This document shows positions 25,183-32,000 of a stretch of 32,000 nt of DNA, piece by piece. The position numbers were made by a program, and so were the translations under genes. Source of the stretch: a bacterium. GTDB lineage: Bacteria; UBP7; UBA6624. The notes under the pieces were generated by a model, which saw only the letters and a program-made list of their open reading frames with translations, was not told where the DNA came from and did not search any database. The number at the start of each line of letters is the position of its first letter. Position 1 is the stretch's first letter. The stretch is taken from positions 330,001-362,000 of the forward strand of contig PBAU01000003.1 in NCBI GenBank assembly GCA_002716355.1, read 5' to 3'.

Positions 25183-26727
25183 TCAGAGCGGTATGTTCCC
25201 ATGTTTTCTTGGAGGCATTTTTTCTCTCTTTGATTTAAAAAACCTCAAAGCTTCTATCAATTTTGGCCTGGTGTCTATGGGGTCTACAACCTCATCAACA
25301 TAACCTCTTTCTGCTGCAATATATGGAGTTGCAATATTTGTTTCATAATCATGAATCAAATCTTTACGTTTTTCATCCTTATCTTTTGCATTTTTAATAT
25401 CCTTTCTGAAGATAATATTTATCGCACCTTCTGCTCCCATCACTGCAAACTCAGCAGAAGGCCATGCTAAATTTAAATCAGCTCCCAATTGTTTTGGAGC
25501 CATCACACAATAGGCTCCCCCATAAGCTTTTCTTGTAACTACGGTCAATAATGGCACTGTGCATTCTGAATAAGCATGAAGCAATTTTGCTCCGTGCCTA
25601 ATTATCCCTTGATGCTCTTGATCTTTTCCCGGCAAAAAGCCAGGGACGTCAACAAAAGAAACAACAGGTATATTGAAAGAATCACAAAATCTAATAAACC
25701 GTGCAGATTTATTGCATGCATCAGAATCCAAACAACCTGCCAAAACATTAGGCTGATTCGCAATTATGCCTACAGTATAACCATCCAGCCTGCCAAAGCC
25801 CACAACTATATTTTTTGCCCAAGACGACTGCACTTCAAAAAAAGAATCATCGTCTAGAACAAGATAGAGAATCTCCTTCATATCGTAGGGCTTATCAGAG
25901 CTATCAGGGATAATCTCTCTTAATTTATTCTCTCTTCTTTGGATATCCTTAACACTTGAATCCTTTCTGGATTGGTGTATCTTATTATTCGATGGAATGT
26001 AATTAAGCAACTCTCTAACTGATTTCAAACATTCAACCTCATTCTCAGAAACAAAATGAGAAACTCCACTTTTTTGAGTATGCACAGATGCTCCCCCCAA
26101 ATCCTCAAAAGTAACTTCTTCATGCAATACTGTTTTAATTACATCAGGACCAGTTAAAAACATATGACTTGTACCTTTTGTCATAAATACAAAATCCATC
26201 AAACCTGGAGAATAAACAGCACCTCCAGCACATGGTCCCAAAATACAAGCTATTTGCGGAACTACCCCACTTGACAAGGTGTTTTCTTTAAAAATACTCG
26301 CATAACCAGCCAAAGAAACAACGCCTTCCTGTATTCTTGCACCACCAGAATCCTGTATTGCGATTACAGGCACCCCGACTTTTCTTCCTGTTTGAATTAT
26401 TTTAACTATTTTTTCAGCATGCCTCTCACCAAGAGAACCTCCCATAACAGTAAAGTCCTGGCTATAAACAAGGACTCTACGGCCATTTATCTTTCCAAAA
26501 CCAGCAACCAGACCGTCACCTAAAAACTCTTTCTTTTCGCCTATAGGCAATGGAGAAGATTTAATAAATAGACCCAATTCCCTAAATGATCCATCATCCA
26601 ACAAAACCTCTAACCTTTCTCTAGCAGTTAATTTTCCTTTTTCGTGTTGCTTTTCAATCGCTAAAGCTCCACCTCCTAGTTTCGCCTTAGATGTCAGACC
26701 TCTTAATTTTTCAATTCTTTTCTTCAT
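25183..26727 (-). CDS. pccB: acyl-CoA carboxylase carboxyltransferase subunit (propionyl-CoA carboxylase beta / methylmalonyl-CoA carboxyltransferase family)
   Basis: 514 aa. N-terminal GGG..AIEKQHEKGKLTARERLEVLLDDGSF.E, DFTVMGGSLGE and the two-domain crotonase-like layout typical of PccB/AccD5/12S. Confidence 0.88.
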   Translation of the reverse strand: MKKRIEKLRGLTSKAKLGGGALAIEKQHEKGKLTARERLEVLLDDGSFRELGLFIKSSPLPIGEKKEFLGDGLVAGFGKINGRRVLVYSQDFTVMGGSLGERHAEKIVKIIQTGRKVGVPVIAIQDSGGARIQEGVVSLAGYASIFKENTLSSGVVPQIACILGPCAGGAVYSPGLMDFVFMTKGTSHMFLTGPDVIKTVLHEEVTFEDLGGASVHTQKSGVSHFVSENEVECLKSVRELLNYIPSNNKIHQSRKDSSVKDIQRRENKLREIIPDSSDKPYDMKEILYLVLDDDSFFEVQSSWAKNIVVGFGRLDGYTVGIIANQPNVLAGCLDSDACNKSARFIRFCDSFNIPVVSFVDVPGFLPGKDQEHQGIIRHGAKLLHAYSECTVPLLTVVTRKAYGGAYCVMAPKQLGADLNLAWPSAEFAVMGAEGAINIIFRKDIKNAKDKDEKRKDLIHDYETNIATPYIAAERGYVDEVVDPIDTRPKLIEALRFFKSKREKMPPRKHGNIPL

Positions 26728-27110
26728 GATATTATTTCCATCAATATACCCATTGTAAATTTAGGATTAAAAAACAACGCTCCGCCACCATTAACTCCAT
26801 CCTGTCTTGAAGATTCTATTGTTTCAAAACCTAAAGAATTAAATTTTTTTTCAGCTTTATTTAAATCTGAAACCCTGAAAGCAATATGATGAAAACCTTC
26901 CCCTCTCTTATCTAAAAATCTTTTCAAAACACCTTCTCCGATAGGCTCTAGCAATTCAATATTGACATTTCCAACTTTCAACATTGCTATTTCAGCATTC
27001 TCTCTTTCATAAGCTTTTCTGTAAGAAACCTCTCCCTTTAAGGCTATTTCCCACAAAGGAAGGGCCTTGTCTATGCTTCTAACTACAATCCCTAAATGAG
27101 CAATTTTCAT
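26724..27110 (-). CDS. mce: methylmalonyl-CoA epimerase (VOC/glyoxalase fold), 128 aa
   Basis: MKIAHLGIVV...VNIELLEP...GEGFHHIAFRV...G...E. The start is set at ATG 27110. The ORF-track start at 27509 adds 133 low-complexity residues that run antisense into accC. The stop overlaps the pccB ATG (ATGA). Confidence 0.82.
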   Translation of the reverse strand: MKIAHLGIVVRSIDKALPLWEIALKGEVSYRKAYERENAEIAMLKVGNVNIELLEPIGEGVLKRFLDKRGEGFHHIAFRVSDLNKAEKKFNSLGFETIESSRQDGVNGGGALFFNPKFTMGILMEIIS

Positions 27111-27153
27111 AATTTTTAATTCTATAACCTTACAAAGAGTTAGAATATTTTCA

Positions 27154-28698
27154 ATGGCTTTTAGAAGAATCACCCCAAGCAAAGGCAAAAGCAAACGTAG
27201 CAAGATAAAAAGTATGCTTATTGCAAACAGAGGAGAAATTGCACTTCGCATAATACGAGCAGGCTGGGAATTAGGAATTAGATGCGTGATAGCATCTAGT
27301 GAAACAGACATAGATTCATTGCCTTCAAGAGTAGCTGATAGCGTATTAAATCTGGGTCCAGGGAGTGCTGCAGAAACATATCTAGATATTGAAAAAATAA
27401 TTAAAGCAGCTAAAAAATCAAAAGTTGAAGCTATACATCCTGGATATGGATTCCTTTCAGAAAATGCAAAATTTGCTAAGAGATGCGAAGAAGAAGGAAT
27501 AATTTTCATAGGACCTTATTCAGATGCTATGGAAAAGCTAGGCGACAAAGTTTGGGGGAGAAAAAAAGCAAAAGAATTAAAAATACCAACAATACCTGGA
27601 TCAAAAGGAGTTGTTACTGATGTTAATACAGCAATAAAGATCTCAAGAAAAATTGGTTTTCCCGTTTTGATTAAAGCTGCTGCAGGTGGCGGAGGAAGAG
27701 GGATGAGAGTTGTTGAAAAGCTACAAGATCTCAAAGATGCATTTGAATCCGCACAATCCGAAGCAAAATTGGCTTTTGGTGATGGGTCATGCTTTATAGA
27801 AAGGTACCTTGCAAAACCAAGACATATAGAAATACAAGCAATGAGAGATTCACATGGAAGATTTATACATCTTTATGAAAGAGAATGCTCAATACAAAGA
27901 AGACATCAAAAACTATTGGAAGAAGCTCCTTCATTAGCAGTTTCAACATTAATGAGAAAAAGGATGATAGATGCATCTAAAGCTTTAACAAAAGCTGCAA
28001 AGTATCATGGAGTTTGCACTGTTGAATTTCTAGTTGATGGCAAAAATTTTTATTTCATAGAGGTGAATACTCGTGTTCAAGTTGAACATCCAGTAACAGA
28101 AAAAATTACAGGCATAGACATAATCAGAGCAGGGATAAGAATAGCTGGTAAAGAAAGAATTCCCTTTGCCCAAAGGCAAGTTAGAAGAAATGGACACGCT
28201 ATCGAATGCAGAATAAATGCAGAAGATCCAAGATTTGGATTTGCTCCAACCCCTGGAAAAGTTGAAGAATTAATACTTCCAGCAGGCCCTGGGATAAGAG
28301 TTGACACTCATTTGTGTCCTGGCTACACAGTGCCTTCAATTTACGACTCCTTAATAGCAAAAGTAATTTCTTATGGAAGAACAAGAAAAGAAGCAATAAC
28401 AAGAATGGAAAGAGCTTTAAGAGAAATGGTTGTAAGAGGTTTTACGACAACTGCTCCTTTCCACAGAAGGCTCTTGGCTCATAAAAGTTTTAGAAATGGG
28501 AAAGTATGGACAAGGTTTGTGGAATACCAAGGCAGCAAATTAACTGAACCCAGTGAAGAAGAGAACAAGCAAGCAATTTTGGCTGCAGCAATACTTCTCG
28601 CTGATGAAGAAAATCATCCAGATGTTGATAACAATCAAGCTATTGAGGAAGATTGGAATTCAAACAACAATGAGGAATTTGAAGAAAATTGGAACTAA
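27154..28698 (+). CDS. accC: biotin carboxylase subunit with a ~55-aa acidic C-terminal tail
   Basis: LIANRGEIALRIIRA, HPGYGFLSEN, LIKAAAGGGGRGMR and EVNTRVQVEHPVTE. The start is uncertain: ATG 27154 gives a 20-aa basic leader and ATG 27214 gives MLIANRGE. Confidence 0.9.
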   Translation: MAFRRITPSKGKSKRSKIKSMLIANRGEIALRIIRAGWELGIRCVIASSETDIDSLPSRVADSVLNLGPGSAAETYLDIEKIIKAAKKSKVEAIHPGYGFLSENAKFAKRCEEEGIIFIGPYSDAMEKLGDKVWGRKKAKELKIPTIPGSKGVVTDVNTAIKISRKIGFPVLIKAAAGGGGRGMRVVEKLQDLKDAFESAQSEAKLAFGDGSCFIERYLAKPRHIEIQAMRDSHGRFIHLYERECSIQRRHQKLLEEAPSLAVSTLMRKRMIDASKALTKAAKYHGVCTVEFLVDGKNFYFIEVNTRVQVEHPVTEKITGIDIIRAGIRIAGKERIPFAQRQVRRNGHAIECRINAEDPRFGFAPTPGKVEELILPAGPGIRVDTHLCPGYTVPSIYDSLIAKVISYGRTRKEAITRMERALREMVVRGFTTTAPFHRRLLAHKSFRNGKVWTRFVEYQGSKLTEPSEEENKQAILAAAILLADEENHPDVDNNQAIEEDWNSNNNEEFEENWN

Positions 28699-29186
28699 AA
28701 ATTAGAGATTCCAAAGGAAAGATCCATGATGTCCAAATTGATTTTGGAGCAAGTGTAGCAATATTAAATGGGGATGAAAAAATCCCTTTTGAAATTATCC
28801 GAAGAGAAAAAGGTGTTGTTGGGATAATCATTGGCGATAAAAGATTACCAATTAATTACTCTAGAGATGGAATTAGAATTGAATTATTGTTAGATGGTAC
28901 AAAATTCAAACTTGAAAGAGAAACAAGTTATGCATTTTTAACAAGAGCAAAAGATGCTGGATCTTCAGGATTAACAGAGGTGAGAAGTCCTATACCTGGT
29001 GTAATATCATCAATAAATGTTACTGAAAAGAAAAAAGTCAAAGAGGGAGATGTTCTGTGCATACTTCAAGCAATGAAAATGGAAAACGAAATCGCATCTA
29101 CTCAAAAAGGGAAAATTAAAGAAATACTTGTAGTTGAAGGAGAAAGAGTGTCGAGTGATCAAGTATTAATGACTATCGAAAACTAA
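28689..29186 (+). CDS. accB: biotin carboxyl carrier protein (165 aa, TTG start)
   Basis: The C-terminal biotinyl domain has SPIPGVI...GDVLCILQAMKMENEI...G.I (AMKM biotinyl-Lys motif). There is no in-frame ATG before the domain. TTG 28689 overlaps the accC 3' end by 10 nt. Confidence 0.82.
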   Translation: MELKIRDSKGKIHDVQIDFGASVAILNGDEKIPFEIIRREKGVVGIIIGDKRLPINYSRDGIRIELLLDGTKFKLERETSYAFLTRAKDAGSSGLTEVRSPIPGVISSINVTEKKKVKEGDVLCILQAMKMENEIASTQKGKIKEILVVEGERVSSDQVLMTIEN

Positions 29187-29269
29187 TGCCGGAAGAGGGA
29201 CTCGAACCCTCACGCCCTATTGGACACTTGCTTTTGAGGCAAGCGCGTCTACCATTCCGCCACTCCGGC
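29187..29269 (-). tRNA. tRNA-Leu (CAA), class II with long variable arm
   Basis: Reverse complement GCCGGAG TG GCGGAATGGTAGACGC G CTTGC CTCAAAA GCAAG TGTCCAATAGGGCGT GAGGG TTCGAGT CCCTC TTCCGGC A. It is 83 nt with no CCA encoded. Its 3' end touches the accB stop codon. Confidence 0.9.
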
Positions 29270-29309
29270 CTGTTGTATACTTAGCCTATCATAATTTTTA
29301 TTTTGTATT

Positions 29310-29315
29310 AAGGAG
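29310..29315 (+). promoter_or_regulatory. Shine-Dalgarno sequence AAGGAG for the symporter gene
   Basis: AAGGAG lies 6 nt upstream of ATG 29322 and 0 nt from ATG 29316, so it favours the second ATG. Confidence 0.5.
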
Positions 29316-29321
29316 ATGTTT

Positions 29322-30803
29322 ATGAACAATTTAAACCATCAAATCTCAAATCTTAATTTCTTGCTTCAATCAGGAGAAGGAGAAAGCAGCTTGGCTGAAA
29401 GGATTGATCAATCCTTCGGTGGGATTGTTGAAAAAATGGCTGAATTTTTGTTTTATCCAATTGCAGATATACCTGTTATCGTTTGGGTTCTAATGCTAGG
29501 TGCAATATTTTTTACCATCTATCACAGCTTTATTAATTTTCGCGGTTTTAAACATTCTTTAGATGTTGTAAAAGGCAAATACGATGATCCTAATCATCCA
29601 GGTGAGATATCTCACTTTCAAGCTTTAACAAGCGCATTGTCTGCAACAGTTGGCCTTGGTAACATAGCAGGTGTAGCAGTAGCTGTTGGTGTTGGAGGTC
29701 CTGGGGCAGTTTTTTGGATGATAATTTTAGGTCTATTTGGAATGACAAGCAAGTTTCATGAATGTACGTTAGCGCAATTTTATAGAAAAGTAGACAAGGA
29801 TGGGACAGTTCATGGCGGTCCGATGTACTATCTGTCTCTAGGGCTCAAGGAAAGAGGCTTGGGGGCATTAGGGAAAATACTTGCCATCGTGTTTGCAGTA
29901 TTCTGCATAGGTGGATCATTTGGTGGTGGTAATATGTTTCAAGCAAATCAAACATTTGAAGCCATGAGTGGCGTAGTTCCATCTATTGCTGAATCACCAT
30001 GGGGTTTTGGATTCTTTATGGCATTCTTGGTTGGACTAGTTATCATTGGAGGTATAAAAAGAATTGGAAAAGTAACAGAAAAGATAATACCTTTCATGTG
30101 TGGCTTATATCTTTCAGCAGGATTGATAGTACTGTTCAAAAATGCCAATCAGGTTTTACCAGCATTAAATTTAATCTTCACTCAAGCTTTTAATCCTGAT
30201 GCAGCTTATGGAGGATTGATTGGAGTTATGGTTCAAGGCATAAGGAGAGCCGTTTTCTCAAACGAAGCAGGTATAGGATCTGCAGCAATCGCTCATTCTG
30301 CAGCGAAAACTGATCAACCAGTAAGAGAAGGAATTGTTGGTATGATTGGCCCATTTATTGACACAGTTGTCATATGTACAATGACAGCATTAATACTAAT
30401 AGTAAGTGGTGTTTACAATGTTGAAGGCCTAGAGGGTGTATCTATGACAAAAGCAGCATTTGAATCAACATTCTCTTGGTTCCCAGCAGTGCTTTCTGTA
30501 TGTGTGTTCTTTTTTGCATACTCAACCATGATAAGCTGGAGCTACTATGGAGAAAAAGCTTGGGCTTATCTGTTTGGCATGAGCTCACAAACCACATTAA
30601 TTTACAGACTTATATTCCTTGCATTTGTTGTTCTTGGAACAGTAATGAAATTAGGAAATGTTTTAGATTTTTCAGATTTGATGATACTCTCAATGGCTTT
30701 CCCAAACATAATTGGGGGCATATTATTAGCACCGAAAGTCAAAACTGCACTATCTGAATATTGGTCAAAATTAATGGCTGGAAAATTTAAGGTATATAAA
30801 TAA
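29322..30803 (+). CDS. sodium:alanine (amino acid) symporter, AGCS family
   Basis: ALTSALSATVGLGNIAGVAVAVGVGGPGAVFWM, SNEAGIGSAAIAHSAA and about 11 hydrophobic segments. An alternative start is ATG 29316. Confidence 0.88.
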   Translation: MNNLNHQISNLNFLLQSGEGESSLAERIDQSFGGIVEKMAEFLFYPIADIPVIVWVLMLGAIFFTIYHSFINFRGFKHSLDVVKGKYDDPNHPGEISHFQALTSALSATVGLGNIAGVAVAVGVGGPGAVFWMIILGLFGMTSKFHECTLAQFYRKVDKDGTVHGGPMYYLSLGLKERGLGALGKILAIVFAVFCIGGSFGGGNMFQANQTFEAMSGVVPSIAESPWGFGFFMAFLVGLVIIGGIKRIGKVTEKIIPFMCGLYLSAGLIVLFKNANQVLPALNLIFTQAFNPDAAYGGLIGVMVQGIRRAVFSNEAGIGSAAIAHSAAKTDQPVREGIVGMIGPFIDTVVICTMTALILIVSGVYNVEGLEGVSMTKAAFESTFSWFPAVLSVCVFFFAYSTMISWSYYGEKAWAYLFGMSSQTTLIYRLIFLAFVVLGTVMKLGNVLDFSDLMILSMAFPNIIGGILLAPKVKTALSEYWSKLMAGKFKVYK

Positions 30804-32000
30804 TTGAGAAAAAAAGCCTTACTTGTAGATGGTTTAAACCTTCTATTTAGGGCATTTTACAGTCTTCCCCCTGGTATGAAATCACCTTTGGGGAAGCCTA
30901 CAAATGCTTTGTTTGGCTTTATAAGAACATTAGAGTCACTTAATAAAAAATACCAACCTGAAACGATAATCGTTGCTCTTGATTCAAAAATTCCAACCTG
31001 GAGAAAAGAGGAATATCCTGAATACAAAGCAGGCAGACAGGAAACTCCTGAAATGCTACTGGAGCAAATAAATTATTTTGAAACATTTTTAAAAGAAATG
31101 GAAGTTGACTGTTTTGAATGTCCTGGCCATGAGGCGGATGATGTCCTGGCCTCACTTGCAAAAATATTATTAAAAAAAAATATTGATCCGATTATTGTGA
31201 GCAATGACAAAGATCTATTACAAACAATAGAGAAGGGAGTTTCGATTTTGAAATCCGGAAGGTCTATATCACAAATAAAACTTGTAACAAAAAATTCATT
31301 TTTTGAAGAATACGGTTTTGATTCAAAAAAAATTCCAGACTTCAAAGGCTTGGTTGGAGATTCGTCCGACAACCTAAAAGGTGTTAGGGGAATTGGTGAA
31401 AAAACAGCAAAAAAACTACTCCAGAAATATGATGGCCTGAATGGAATTTATCAGAACATAAATGAAATAACAGGCTCCCAAAAAAACAAACTTGAAATGG
31501 ATAAGGAGTCAGCTTACTTTTGCAAAAAACTTGCTACCCTCGATTCGCAACTTGAAATAAAAATCAACAAAATAAGACCCTTTTGCCTCGGAGGAGAAGA
31601 GACCCAGAAAAAATTAAAAGAATTAGGAATGACATCATTTGTTACAACTGAAAAAAAAACCATACAGATAAAAAAACTGAATCCTGAAGAAACGAAAATA
31701 GAACTAACAAAAAACAAACCTGTAAAAATAATTTCTTATAAAAATTCATGGGTATGTAAAACTGGAAATTTAACTTTTATGCCGGAGGAAGAAAATGACC
31801 TTTTTTCTAAAAAAATAAATCTAAAAGATTATTTAAATAAGGATGTTGAAATTATCGGTTTTGACCTTGAAAGCAAGCATATAAATATCCTTCATTCAGA
31901 ATTTACAAATATTTTGGATTTGAAATCTTATGCATTTTTGATCAATTCAGAAAAGCCAACACTGGATGAACTTTGGAAGCGAACTTTTCGTGAGCAGATG
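30804..32000 (+). CDS. polA: DNA polymerase I, N-terminal 5'-3' exonuclease region; continues past the window end
   Basis: Not in the ORF track because no stop occurs in the window. The frame is open from TTG 30804, directly after the symporter TAA, through nt 32000. Motifs: KKALLVDGLNLLFRAFY, YKAGR, GHEADDVLA, VSNDKDLLQ and GDSSDNLKGVRGIGEKTAKKLL. Confidence 0.88.
   Translation, partial: MRKKALLVDGLNLLFRAFYSLPPGMKSPLGKPTNALFGFIRTLESLNKKYQPETIIVALDSKIPTWRKEEYPEYKAGRQETPEMLLEQINYFETFLKEMEVDCFECPGHEADDVLASLAKILLKKNIDPIIVSNDKDLLQTIEKGVSILKSGRSISQIKLVTKNSFFEEYGFDSKKIPDFKGLVGDSSDNLKGVRGIGEKTAKKLLQKYDGLNGIYQNINEITGSQKNKLEMDKESAYFCKKLATLDSQLEIKINKIRPFCLGGEETQKKLKELGMTSFVTTEKKTIQIKKLNPEETKIELTKNKPVKIISYKNSWVCKTGNLTFMPEEENDLFSKKINLKDYLNKDVEIIGFDLESKHINILHSEFTNILDLKSYAFLINSEKPTLDELWKRTFREQM

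Noticed and set aside
26724-27509. A 261-aa ORF that suggests a much longer epimerase
   Set aside because: Only the last 128 aa (from ATG 27110) look like methylmalonyl-CoA epimerase. The first 133 aa are low-complexity and lie antisense to the highly conserved 5' part of accC, so this is an over-extended ORF.
1-32000. Search for CRISPR arrays, transposases or integrases, phage or defence-island genes, and long direct or inverted repeats
   Set aside because: None was seen. Intergenic regions are too short (mostly 0-50 bp) to hold arrays or IS ends. Every long ORF is either a recognisable housekeeping or metabolic gene or one of a few small unknowns, and there is no obvious compositional break.

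Overview
AT-rich (roughly one-third G+C by eye), extremely gene-dense bacterial chromosomal window. There is almost no intergenic DNA, and many gene junctions are start/stop overlaps or convergent 3' overlaps. Bacterial, probably diderm, origin is supported by LspA, an Slt-type lytic transglycosylase, GGDEF/HD-GYP signalling proteins and an initiator tRNA with a C1xA72 mismatch. Gene order: 3' part of an archaeal-type FBP aldolase/phosphatase; a small cluster of unknown envelope proteins; tatD-family hydrolase and lspA; a ten-gene complex I operon nuoABCD-HIJKLM on the minus strand, without nuoEFG or nuoN and with unusual extensions on NuoH, NuoI and NuoK; ftsH, a short-form tilS and two CAT-anticodon tRNAs; a plus-strand run of GGDEF cyclase, tandem HD-GYP protein, an unknown 255-aa protein, rpiB, two small unknown ORFs and rpsD; a DapF homologue lacking one catalytic Cys; a short-chain prenyl diphosphate synthase; slt; divergent mce-pccB and accC-accB (three-part acyl-CoA carboxylase plus epimerase); tRNA-Leu(CAA); a Na+/alanine symporter; and the 5' part of polA. 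I saw no CRISPR array, transposase, integrase, phage genes or long repeats. This looks like core genome, not an accessory island. The points most worth follow-up are the stripped-down and decorated complex I, the translationally coupled c-di-GMP module with a degenerate second HD-GYP domain and an unknown partner, and the Ser-for-Cys DapF homologue. All product calls rest on motif recognition by eye. No database search was run.
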